DNA of 64,000 bases from Auanema rhodensis (Eukaryota > Animalia > Nematoda): positions 11,346,001-11,410,000 of the forward strand of contig OZ059894.1 of the NCBI GenBank assembly GCA_964057225.1. The letters are read 5' to 3'. How positions within the stretch are numbered: the stretch's first letter is position 1; the number at the start of each line of letters is the position of its first letter. The translations under genes and the position numbers were made by a program. Shown one piece after another: positions 10,929-23,038 of this stretch. The notes below the pieces were generated by a model, which worked only from the letters and a program-made list of their open reading frames with translations, was not told where the DNA came from and ran no database searches.

Positions 10929-11169
10929 AATGTTATATTCTTCATTATCAGTTATATCACTCTAAATCTTGTTGTTAATAGTTAGGACCACAAAGAAAAC
11001 AACAGGAACAGTAACAAATGAAATGCCCAAACTTTACAGTGTTCGAGTTATTTACAGTATCTAAGACTACCTCTGTCGTGTTATTAGAGCAAACATTCGA
11101 TTAACAACAACTTTTTTTTAGTTATCAAAGCTTTTTTATTTCTTCAAAAAATTTCAAATAAAATATAAA

Positions 11170-11288
11170 AGCTTACGACACCCGGGATTCCCAAGCCGTC
11201 TCCGATCCAAGTACTAACCGGGCCCAACGTTGCTTGACTTGCCAGATCGGACGGGATGGCGTACTTTCAACGTGGTATGGTCGTAAGC
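11170..11288 (-). rRNA. 5S: 5S rRNA
   Basis: Copy of 1191-1309. Confidence 0.97.
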
Positions 11289-11430
11289 AATGTCATATTC
11301 TTCATTATCAGTTATATCACTCTAAATCTTGTTGTTAATAGATACGACCACAAAGAAAACAACAGGAACAGTAACAATAACAAAAAAAATTTTTTTTTCA
11401 CCTATGTGTCTAAAGGTTAGCCATGTATCC

Positions 11431-11476
<46 letters not shown>

Positions 11477-12656
11477 ACAGTAAAAAGTCCAATCAAGAGA
11501 GAAATTTTTTCAACACATAGTTGTTTTTTTTTTAAATATCATTGTTTTTCCTCATAACTCGGTTTAAACTCGTTCTAACCCGTTGAAATACGTCTAGAAA
11601 GTCTTTATAACATGCATATGTATGATAGAACTTCATATTTATTGTAATAGAAAATTTTATTTTCAGACGTCTTGGTTAACAATGATATGTTTTACCCCCT
11701 TATAATTTTTATCATAATGTTCCTTATACGGAACGCTCAATGAAACTTGCTTCCAGAAAAATTTCTTTCTATTTTTTCTTCATATGTACGTAGATACTAT
11801 AGAGAACTATGATAGAAAACTTTAACATTCACGAAATCATCATTTCTCATTACGCTACGGAGGTTTAAAAAGCTGTGTTTTACCTTATAATAGACCGGAA
11901 AACCCTTGTGTTAAAACTGGACCGTTTTTACACATATAAAAATGTCCCGTATTCGGGACCCTAATGTAACTTTTGATTCCCTATATTTTTTTTCATGAAA
12001 TTTACAATCTACTGTAGAAAGAAGAATTATTTTTATAAAAACTGTAAATTTTTGAAAAATGAAAACAAAACGAAAACAAAAACAACTTTTTTTTGAACAT
12101 TTTCTCACACAAGGGTCCCCCCTTACCTACTTTTTTTCTCATTACTCGTTTCAACCTCATCCGATCACTCTGCAAACATGTTTAATCGTTCTAACTTGTT
12201 GAAATACGTCTTAAAAGTCTAAACAACATGCATATGCATAATAGAAACCACCCGAATAGGCCCCCACGCACTAAACGAGATATATACATTACCAGTATAG
12301 TAATAGAACACATATTGAAGATTAATTCGATAAGAACAATTTATTGACGTAGAGAATGTTTGTTCCGAAAAACTACAATATTAAACTATAAAAGTAACAA
12401 AAGCGTAGAGGCAGCAAAGACATGAATAAACATAAATGTAAATACAGAATTACCAGGTAGTACATAAGTATGACAAAAAATTATAAGAAAGCCATGAAAA
12501 TAGAAGGTTTGTGAACAAATGAGAGGTACATCTTTGATCGTATAGTCATTTCTAAACCGTTCGTATGCTGCAGCATCGTCATAAGCGTCACTCAAGTTGA
12601 ATTTCCATGTGTACTACACGATTTTCATTCTTATTGTTACATTCTTTCCCTGAGGG

Positions 12657-12842
12657 AATGGGCCGTTCCCGCCAGCAGTGCAAGAGCGGGTCGACCCGTG
12701 AGGTGGAGCTAGCAAGCCAGCATCTACCTCAAGTCTCAAAAATCGGTTAACCTTATTGTGAACCAATGGAACACATATCGAAGGTTAATTCGATAAGAAC
12801 GATTACTACACTTTGATCTTAGCCAAAAGGCCGAGAAGCGAT
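12657..12842 (-). ncRNA. U2: U2 snRNA
   Basis: Copy of 563-748. Confidence 0.97.
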
Positions 12843-13284
12843 ACAGCATAGCCATGAGTATCAAAGACATCAAGCAAATGTATCGTACTTGTTACGAGTG
12901 CACTCTCTCATTTGAATATAAAAGTGTGGTTTGACAATCTTGACTGTACAGGTCATAAATGGCTCATATAAACTGTGGATTTACTCAACTTTTGGACTTA
13001 TTTTTTTCTTATTCGAAGCGCTGCACTTTTTTCTATTCTTTTTATTCAAATACTTGTATATAGTTTTATATGTACGGTTGCAAAGTTTCCGAATATTTTA
13101 TATATTTTTATACAATAATTAGGAGAAGGTTAATACAATGAAATCTCCCAACTTTACAGTGTTTGTATTGCTTACAGTATCTAGAACAACCACTCTTGTA
13201 ATATTAGAGCACATATCAATCAACAACTTTTTCTAGTTATCAAAGCTTTTTTATTTCTTCAAGATATTTCAAATAAAATATAAA

Positions 13285-13403
13285 AGCTTACGACACCCGG
13301 GATTCCCAAGCCGTCTCCGATCCAAGTACTAACCGGGCCCAACGTTGCTTGACTTGCCAGATCGGACGGGATGGCGTACTTTCAACGTGGTATGGTCGTA
13401 AGC
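13285..13403 (-). rRNA. 5S: 5S rRNA
   Basis: Copy of 1191-1309. Confidence 0.97.
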
Positions 13404-13644
13404 AATGTTATATTCTTCATTATCAGTTATATCACTCTAAATCTTGTTGTTAATAGTTAGGACCACAAAGAAAACAACAGGAACAGTAACAAATGAAATG
13501 CCCAAACTTTACAGTGTTCGAGTTATTTACAGTATCTAAGACTACCTCTGTCGTGTTATTAGAGCAAACATTCGATTAACAACAACTTTTTTTTAGTTAT
13601 CAAAGCTTTTTTATTTCTTCAAAAAATTTCAAATAAAATATAAA

Positions 13645-13763
13645 AGCTTACGACACCCGGGATTCCCAAGCCGTCTCCGATCCAAGTACTAACCGGGCCC
13701 AACGTTGCTTGACTTGCCAGATCGGACGGGATGGCGTACTTTCAACGTGGTATGGTCGTAAGC
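13645..13763 (-). rRNA. 5S: 5S rRNA
   Basis: Copy of 1191-1309. Confidence 0.97.
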
Positions 13764-13905
13764 AATGTCATATTCTTCATTATCAGTTATATCACTCTAA
13801 ATCTTGTTGTTAATAGATACGACCACAAAGAAAACAACAGGAACAGTAACAATAACAAAAAAAATTTTTTTTTCACCTATGTGTCTAAAGGTTAGCCATG
13901 TATCC

Positions 13906-13959
<54 letters not shown>

Positions 13960-15139
13960 ACAGTAAAAAGTCCAATCAAGAGAGAAATTTTTTCAACACA
14001 TAGTTGTTTTTTTTTTAAATATCATTGTTTTTCCTCATAACTCGGTTTAAACTCGTTCTAACCCGTTGAAATACGTCTAGAAAGTCTTTATAACATGCAT
14101 ATGTATGATAGAACTTCATATTTATTGTAATAGAAAATTTTATTTTCAGACGTCTTGGTTAACAATGATATGTTTTACCCCCTTATAATTTTTATCATAA
14201 TGTTCCTTATACGGAACGCTCAATGAAACTTGCTTCCAGAAAAATTTCTTTCTATTTTTTCTTCATATGTACGTAGATACTATAGAGAACTATGATAGAA
14301 AACTTTAACATTCACGAAATCATCATTTCTCATTACGCTACGGAGGTTTAAAAAGCTGTGTTTTACCTTATAATAGACCGGAAAACCCTTGTGTTAAAAC
14401 TGGACCGTTTTTACACATATAAAAATGTCCCGTATTCGGGACCCTAATGTAACTTTTGATTCCCTATATTTTTTTTCATGAAATTTACAATCTACTGTAG
14501 AAAGAAGAATTATTTTTATAAAAACTGTAAATTTTTGAAAAATGAAAACAAAACGAAAACAAAAACAACTTTTTTTTGAACATTTTCTCACACAAGGGTC
14601 CCCCCTTACCTACTTTTTTTCTCATTACTCGTTTCAACCTCATCCGATCACTCTGCAAACATGTTTAATCGTTCTAACTTGTTGAAATACGTCTTAAAAG
14701 TCTAAACAACATGCATATGCATAATAGAAACCACCCGAATAGGCCCCCACGCACTAAACGAGATATATACATTACCAGTATAGTAATAGAACACATATTG
14801 AAGATTAATTCGATAAGAACAATTTATTGACGTAGAGAATGTTTGTTCCGAAAAACTACAATATTAAACTATAAAAGTAACAAAAGCGTAGAGGCAGCAA
14901 AGACATGAATAAACATAAATGTAAATACAGAATTACCAGGTAGTACATAAGTATGACAAAAAATTATAAGAAAGCCATGAAAATAGAAGGTTTGTGAACA
15001 AATGAGAGGTACATCTTTGATCGTATAGTCATTTCTAAACCGTTCGTATGCTGCAGCATCGTCATAAGCGTCACTCAAGTTGAATTTCCATGTGTACTAC
15101 ACGATTTTCATTCTTATTGTTACATTCTTTCCCAGAGGG

Positions 15140-15287
15140 AATGGGCCGTTCCCGCCAGCAGTGCAAGAGCGGGTCGACCCGTGAGGTGGAGCTAGCAAGC
15201 CAGCATCTACCTCAAGTCTCAAAAATCGGTTAACCTTATTGTGAACCAATGGAACACATATCGAAGGTTAATTCGATAAGAACGATT
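15140..15287 (-). pseudogene. U2: U2 snRNA 3' fragment (nt 39-186)
   Basis: U2 match ends at ...GAACGATT (15287). Confidence 0.92.
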
Positions 15288-16115
15288 TATTGAAGTAGAT
15301 AATGTTTGTCCCGGAGGACTACAATATTAAAATAATTACTGAAGCCCGAAGGCAGCGAGAAATAGTAAGGATACTACCTGCACTGAGTGCGTCGTATCAT
15401 AAAAAAAGAGATAGCTAATGGGCAAGTTGAAGAGCTTGAAATTAACAATGACGTCACTAGAAGTAAAGTTTTCTATCTGCAGCTGCGGGTAAAGAGGGTC
15501 AGCGTAAGCAGAATTCAATTCTACCAACAATTAGTGGGAACATTGAGAGAACAGATGAAGGAGGAAATTGTAACTTCAAGTAAAATAGATTATATCTTCA
15601 GCTGCGGGTAAAGAGAGTCAGCTTTGTACAGATTACTAGTTTACATAAGAAGTGGTAACATTTCAAAAAAGGAGCACAACATAAAAAACGAGACTACGGA
15701 CTATGAGGTAAATGTTATCATTGTCTGGATCGATGATTCGGCATTTGATTGCAGCTGCGGATTGAGTGGATCAGCTTGCATGGCGTCCGCATTCGACATC
15801 AGGGAAAATGATGAGTTTCTTGAGGTCCGGCTCGGCGGGCTGTTATGTCCTATTCCCTGTTGATGGTGTTGTTGTCCTTGAGCTTGTTCTTCTTCCCAGA
15901 AAAAAAAAACTGTGAAGCTGAAGAGTCCTATTAAACGTCTTTAAACGCAAGATTAATAAGAAGCTACTACAGCTAACACAGGACCGCCTCAAGGCCTGGT
16001 AGATCAACCAGTGTTGCTTCAATCACCAAGTATTGCGGCCTGGGCCCTTGGATCAATTCACAACACCAGTATAGCAATGGAACACATATCGAAGGTTAAT
16101 TCGATAAGAACGATT
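15288..16115 (-). mobile_element. 828-bp non-autonomous U2-targeted retroelement (SINE/SIDE-like), copy 1: 787 bp unique + 41 bp of U2 nt 39-79
   Basis: Inserted at the Utopia site; no long ORF; 3' tail resembles the Utopia 3' UTR; identical copy in next unit. Confidence 0.85.
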
Positions 16116-16153
16116 ACTACACTTTGATCTTAGCCAAAAGGCCGAGAAGCGAT
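16075..16153 (-). pseudogene. U2: U2 snRNA 5' fragment (nt 1-79)
   Basis: Exact U2 to ...GTTCCATTG, then element-specific CTATACTGG. Confidence 0.9.
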
Positions 16154-16595
16154 ACAGCATAGCCATGAGTATCAAAGACATCAAGCAAATGTATCGTACT
16201 TGTTACGAGTGCACTCTCTCATTTGAATATAAAAGTGTGGTTTGACAATCTTGACTGTACAGGTCATAAATGGCTCATATAAACTGTGGATTTACTCAAC
16301 TTTTGGACTTATTTTTTTCTTATTCGAAGCGCTGCACTTTTTTCTATTCTTTTTATTCAAATACTTGTATATAGTTTTATATGTACGGTTGCAAAGTTTC
16401 CGAATATTTTATATATTTTTATACAATAATTAGGAGAAGGTTAATACAATGAAATCTCCCAACTTTACAGTGTTTGTATTGCTTACAGTATCTAGAACAA
16501 CCACTCTTGTAATATTAGAGCACATATCAATCAACAACTTTTTCTAGTTATCAAAGCTTTTTTATTTCTTCAAGATATTTCAAATAAAATATAAA

Positions 16596-16714
16596 AGCTT
16601 ACGACACCCGGGATTCCCAAGCCGTCTCCGATCCAAGTACTAACCGGGCCCAACGTTGCTTGACTTGCCAGATCGGACGGGATGGCGTACTTTCAACGTG
16701 GTATGGTCGTAAGC
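16596..16714 (-). rRNA. 5S: 5S rRNA
   Basis: Copy of 1191-1309. Confidence 0.97.
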
Positions 16715-16955
16715 AATGTTATATTCTTCATTATCAGTTATATCACTCTAAATCTTGTTGTTAATAGTTAGGACCACAAAGAAAACAACAGGAACAGTAA
16801 CAAATGAAATGCCCAAACTTTACAGTGTTCGAGTTATTTACAGTATCTAAGACTACCTCTGTCGTGTTATTAGAGCAAACATTCGATTAACAACAACTTT
16901 TTTTTAGTTATCAAAGCTTTTTTATTTCTTCAAAAAATTTCAAATAAAATATAAA

Positions 16956-17074
16956 AGCTTACGACACCCGGGATTCCCAAGCCGTCTCCGATCCAAGTAC
17001 TAACCGGGCCCAACGTTGCTTGACTTGCCAGATCGGACGGGATGGCGTACTTTCAACGTGGTATGGTCGTAAGC
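16956..17074 (-). rRNA. 5S: 5S rRNA
   Basis: Copy of 1191-1309. Confidence 0.97.
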
Positions 17075-17216
17075 AATGTCATATTCTTCATTATCAGTTA
17101 TATCACTCTAAATCTTGTTGTTAATAGATACGACCACAAAGAAAACAACAGGAACAGTAACAATAACAAAAAAAATTTTTTTTTCACCTATGTGTCTAAA
17201 GGTTAGCCATGTATCC

Positions 17217-17262
<46 letters not shown>

Positions 17263-18442
17263 ACAGTAAAAAGTCCAATCAAGAGAGAAATTTTTTCAAC
17301 ACATAGTTGTTTTTTTTTTAAATATCATTGTTTTTCCTCATAACTCGGTTTAAACTCGTTCTAACCCGTTGAAATACGTCTAGAAAGTCTTTATAACATG
17401 CATATGTATGATAGAACTTCATATTTATTGTAATAGAAAATTTTATTTTCAGACGTCTTGGTTAACAATGATATGTTTTACCCCCTTATAATTTTTATCA
17501 TAATGTTCCTTATACGGAACGCTCAATGAAACTTGCTTCCAGAAAAATTTCTTTCTATTTTTTCTTCATATGTACGTAGATACTATAGAGAACTATGATA
17601 GAAAACTTTAACATTCACGAAATCATCATTTCTCATTACGCTACGGAGGTTTAAAAAGCTGTGTTTTACCTTATAATAGACCGGAAAACCCTTGTGTTAA
17701 AACTGGACCGTTTTTACACATATAAAAATGTCCCGTATTCGGGACCCTAATGTAACTTTTGATTCCCTATATTTTTTTTCATGAAATTTACAATCTACTG
17801 TAGAAAGAAGAATTATTTTTATAAAAACTGTAAATTTTTGAAAAATGAAAACAAAACGAAAACAAAAACAACTTTTTTTTGAACATTTTCTCACACAAGG
17901 GTCCCCCCTTACCTACTTTTTTTCTCATTACTCGTTTCAACCTCATCCGATCACTCTGCAAACATGTTTAATCGTTCTAACTTGTTGAAATACGTCTTAA
18001 AAGTCTAAACAACATGCATATGCATAATAGAAACCACCCGAATAGGCCCCCACGCACTAAACGAGATATATACATTACCAGTATAGTAATAGAACACATA
18101 TTGAAGATTAATTCGATAAGAACAATTTATTGACGTAGAGAATGTTTGTTCCGAAAAACTACAATATTAAACTATAAAAGTAACAAAAGCGTAGAGGCAG
18201 CAAAGACATGAATAAACATAAATGTAAATACAGAATTACCAGGTAGTACATAAGTATGACAAAAAATTATAAGAAAGCCATGAAAATAGAAGGTTTGTGA
18301 ACAAATGAGAGGTACATCTTTGATCGTATAGTCATTTCTAAACCGTTCGTATGCTGCAGCATCGTCATAAGCGTCACTCAAGTTGAATTTCCATGTGTAC
18401 TACACGATTTTCATTCTTATTGTTACATTCTTTCCCTGAGGG

Positions 18443-18590
18443 AATGGGCCGTTCCCGCCAGCAGTGCAAGAGCGGGTCGACCCGTGAGGTGGAGCTAGCA
18501 AGCCAGCATCTACCTCAAGTCTCAAAAATCGGTTAACCTTATTGTGAACCAATGGAACACATATCGAAGGTTAATTCGATAAGAACGATT
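18443..18590 (-). pseudogene. U2: U2 snRNA 3' fragment (nt 39-186)
   Basis: U2 match ends at 18590. Confidence 0.92.
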
Positions 18591-19418
18591 TATTGAAGTA
18601 GATAATGTTTGTCCCGGAGGACTACAATATTAAAATAATTACTGAAGCCCGAAGGCAGCGAGAAATAGTAAGGATACTACCTGCACTGAGTGCGTCGTAT
18701 CATAAAAAAAGAGATAGCTAATGGGCAAGTTGAAGAGCTTGAAATTAACAATGACGTCACTAGAAGTAAAGTTTTCTATCTGCAGCTGCGGGTAAAGAGG
18801 GTCAGCGTAAGCAGAATTCAATTCTACCAACAATTAGTGGGAACATTGAGAGAACAGATGAAGGAGGAAATTGTAACTTCAAGTAAAATAGATTATATCT
18901 TCAGCTGCGGGTAAAGAGAGTCAGCTTTGTACAGATTACTAGTTTACATAAGAAGTGGTAACATTTCAAAAAAGGAGCACAACATAAAAAACGAGACTAC
19001 GGACTATGAGGTAAATGTTATCATTGTCTGGATCGATGATTCGGCATTTGATTGCAGCTGCGGATTGAGTGGATCAGCTTGCATGGCGTCCGCATTCGAC
19101 ATCAGGGAAAATGATGAGTTTCTTGAGGTCCGGCTCGGCGGGCTGTTATGTCCTATTCCCTGTTGATGGTGTTGTTGTCCTTGAGCTTGTTCTTCTTCCC
19201 AGAAAAAAAAAACTGTGAAGCTGAAGAGTCCTATTAAACGTCTTTAAACGCAAGATTAATAAGAAGCTACTACAGCTAACACAGGACCGCCTCAAGGCCT
19301 GGTAGATCAACCAGTGTTGCTTCAATCACCAAGTATTGCGGCCTGGGCCCTTGGATCAATTCACAACACCAGTATAGCAATGGAACACATATCGAAGGTT
19401 AATTCGATAAGAACGATT
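18591..19418 (-). mobile_element. 828-bp non-autonomous U2-targeted retroelement, copy 2
   Basis: Same sequence and junctions as 15288-16115 (offset 3303 bp). Confidence 0.85.
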
Positions 19419-19456
19419 ACTACACTTTGATCTTAGCCAAAAGGCCGAGAAGCGAT
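19378..19456 (-). pseudogene. U2: U2 snRNA 5' fragment (nt 1-79)
   Basis: As 16075-16153. Confidence 0.9.
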
Positions 19457-19898
19457 ACAGCATAGCCATGAGTATCAAAGACATCAAGCAAATGTATCGT
19501 ACTTGTTACGAGTGCACTCTCTCATTTGAATATAAAAGTGTGGTTTGACAATCTTGACTGTACAGGTCATAAATGGCTCATATAAACTGTGGATTTACTC
19601 AACTTTTGGACTTATTTTTTTCTTATTCGAAGCGCTGCACTTTTTTCTATTCTTTTTATTCAAATACTTGTATATAGTTTTATATGTACGGTTGCAAAGT
19701 TTCCGAATATTTTATATATTTTTATACAATAATTAGGAGAAGGTTAATACAATGAAATCTCCCAACTTTACAGTGTTTGTATTGCTTACAGTATCTAGAA
19801 CAACCACTCTTGTAATATTAGAGCACATATCAATCAACAACTTTTTCTAGTTATCAAAGCTTTTTTATTTCTTCAAGATATTTCAAATAAAATATAAA

Positions 19899-20017
19899 AG
19901 CTTACGACACCCGGGATTCCCAAGCCGTCTCCGATCCAAGTACTAACCGGGCCCAACGTTGCTTGACTTGCCAGATCGGACGGGATGGCGTACTTTCAAC
20001 GTGGTATGGTCGTAAGC
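19899..20017 (-). rRNA. 5S: 5S rRNA
   Basis: Copy of 1191-1309. Confidence 0.97.
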
Positions 20018-20258
20018 AATGTTATATTCTTCATTATCAGTTATATCACTCTAAATCTTGTTGTTAATAGTTAGGACCACAAAGAAAACAACAGGAACAG
20101 TAACAAATGAAATGCCCAAACTTTACAGTGTTCGAGTTATTTACAGTATCTAAGACTACCTCTGTCGTGTTATTAGAGCAAACATTCGATTAACAACAAC
20201 TTTTTTTTAGTTATCAAAGCTTTTTTATTTCTTCAAAAAATTTCAAATAAAATATAAA

Positions 20259-20377
20259 AGCTTACGACACCCGGGATTCCCAAGCCGTCTCCGATCCAAG
20301 TACTAACCGGGCCCAACGTTGCTTGACTTGCCAGATCGGACGGGATGGCGTACTTTCAACGTGGTATGGTCGTAAGC
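20259..20377 (-). rRNA. 5S: 5S rRNA
   Basis: Copy of 1191-1309. Confidence 0.97.
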
Positions 20378-20519
20378 AATGTCATATTCTTCATTATCAG
20401 TTATATCACTCTAAATCTTGTTGTTAATAGATACGACCACAAAGAAAACAACAGGAACAGTAACAATAACAAAAAAAATTTTTTTTTCACCTATGTGTCT
20501 AAAGGTTAGCCATGTATCC

Positions 20520-20563
<44 letters not shown>

Positions 20564-21743
20564 ACAGTAAAAAGTCCAATCAAGAGAGAAATTTTTTCAA
20601 CACATAGTTGTTTTTTTTTTAAATATCATTGTTTTTCCTCATAACTCGGTTTAAACTCGTTCTAACCCGTTGAAATACGTCTAGAAAGTCTTTATAACAT
20701 GCATATGTATGATAGAACTTCATATTTATTGTAATAGAAAATTTTATTTTCAGACGTCTTGGTTAACAATGATATGTTTTACCCCCTTATAATTTTTATC
20801 ATAATGTTCCTTATACGGAACGCTCAATGAAACTTGCTTCCAGAAAAATTTCTTTCTATTTTTTCTTCATATGTACGTAGATACTATAGAGAACTATGAT
20901 AGAAAACTTTAACATTCACGAAATCATCATTTCTCATTACGCTACGGAGGTTTAAAAAGCTGTGTTTTACCTTATAATAGACCGGAAAACCCTTGTGTTA
21001 AAACTGGACCGTTTTTACACATATAAAAATGTCCCGTATTCGGGACCCTAATGTAACTTTTGATTCCCTATATTTTTTTTCATGAAATTTACAATCTACT
21101 GTAGAAAGAAGAATTATTTTTATAAAAACTGTAAATTTTTGAAAAATGAAAACAAAACGAAAACAAAAACAACTTTTTTTTGAACATTTTCTCACACAAG
21201 GGTCCCCCCTTACCTACTTTTTTTCTCATTACTCGTTTCAACCTCATCCGATCACTCTGCAAACATGTTTAATCGTTCTAACTTGTTGAAATACGTCTTA
21301 AAAGTCTAAACAACATGCATATGCATAATAGAAACCACCCGAATAGGCCCCCACGCACTAAACGAGATATATACATTACCAGTATAGTAATAGAACACAT
21401 ATTGAAGATTAATTCGATAAGAACAATTTATTGACGTAGAGAATGTTTGTTCCGAAAAACTACAATATTAAACTATAAAAGTAACAAAAGCGTAGAGGCA
21501 GCAAAGACATGAATAAACATAAATGTAAATACAGAATTACCAGGTAGTACATAAGTATGACAAAAAATTATAAGAAAGCCATGAAAATAGAAGGTTTGTG
21601 AACAAATGAGAGGTACATCTTTGATCGTATAGTCATTTCTAAACCGTTCGTATGCTGCAGCATCGTCATAAGCGTCACTCAAGTTGAATTTCCATGTGTA
21701 CTACACGATTTTCATTCTTATTGTTACATTCTTTCCCTGAGGG

Positions 21744-21929
21744 AATGGGCCGTTCCCGCCAGCAGTGCAAGAGCGGGTCGACCCGTGAGGTGGAGCTAGC
21801 AAGCCAGCATCTACCTCAAGTCTCAAAAATCGGTTAACCTTATTGTGAACCAATGGAACACATATCGAAGGTTAATTCGATAAGAACGATTACTACACTT
21901 TGATCTTAGCCAAAAGGCCGAGAAGCGAT
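21744..21929 (-). ncRNA. U2: U2 snRNA
   Basis: Copy of 563-748. Confidence 0.97.
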
Positions 21930-22371
21930 ACAGCATAGCCATGAGTATCAAAGACATCAAGCAAATGTATCGTACTTGTTACGAGTGCACTCTCTCATTT
22001 GAATATAAAAGTGTGGTTTGACAATCTTGACTGTACAGGTCATAAATGGCTCATATAAACTGTGGATTTACTCAACTTTTGGACTTATTTTTTTCTTATT
22101 CGAAGCGCTGCACTTTTTTCTATTCTTTTTATTCAAATACTTGTATATAGTTTTATATGTACGGTTGCAAAGTTTCCGAATATTTTATATATTTTTATAC
22201 AATAATTAGGAGAAGGTTAATACAATGAAATCTCCCAACTTTACAGTGTTTGTATTGCTTACAGTATCTAGAACAACCACTCTTGTAATATTAGAGCACA
22301 TATCAATCAACAACTTTTTCTAGTTATCAAAGCTTTTTTATTTCTTCAAGATATTTCAAATAAAATATAAA

Positions 22372-22490
22372 AGCTTACGACACCCGGGATTCCCAAGCCG
22401 TCTCCGATCCAAGTACTAACCGGGCCCAACGTTGCTTGACTTGCCAGATCGGACGGGATGGCGTACTTTCAACGTGGTATGGTCGTAAGC
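22372..22490 (-). rRNA. 5S: 5S rRNA
   Basis: Copy of 1191-1309. Confidence 0.97.
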
Positions 22491-22731
22491 AATGTTATAT
22501 TCTTCATTATCAGTTATATCACTCTAAATCTTGTTGTTAATAGTTAGGACCACAAAGAAAACAACAGGAACAGTAACAAATGAAATGCCCAAACTTTACA
22601 GTGTTCGAGTTATTTACAGTATCTAAGACTACCTCTGTCGTGTTATTAGAGCAAACATTCGATTAACAACAACTTTTTTTTAGTTATCAAAGCTTTTTTA
22701 TTTCTTCAAAAAATTTCAAATAAAATATAAA

Positions 22732-22850
22732 AGCTTACGACACCCGGGATTCCCAAGCCGTCTCCGATCCAAGTACTAACCGGGCCCAACGTTGCTTGAC
22801 TTGCCAGATCGGACGGGATGGCGTACTTTCAACGTGGTATGGTCGTAAGC
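22732..22850 (-). rRNA. 5S: 5S rRNA
   Basis: Copy of 1191-1309. Confidence 0.97.
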
Positions 22851-22992
22851 AATGTCATATTCTTCATTATCAGTTATATCACTCTAAATCTTGTTGTTAA
22901 TAGATACGACCACAAAGAAAACAACAGGAACAGTAACAATAACAAAAAAAATTTTTTTTTCACCTATGTGTCTAAAGGTTAGCCATGTATCC

Positions 22993-23038
<46 letters not shown>

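Noticed and set aside
15480-15776. Repeat-spacer pattern as a CRISPR array
   Set aside because: Eukaryotic context, three degenerate repeats, spacers of about 95 and 129 bp, no cas genes
15336-15863. 64-79 aa ORFs in the 828-bp insert
   Set aside because: Short, GTG/TTG starts, no recognisable homology; the insert is treated as non-coding
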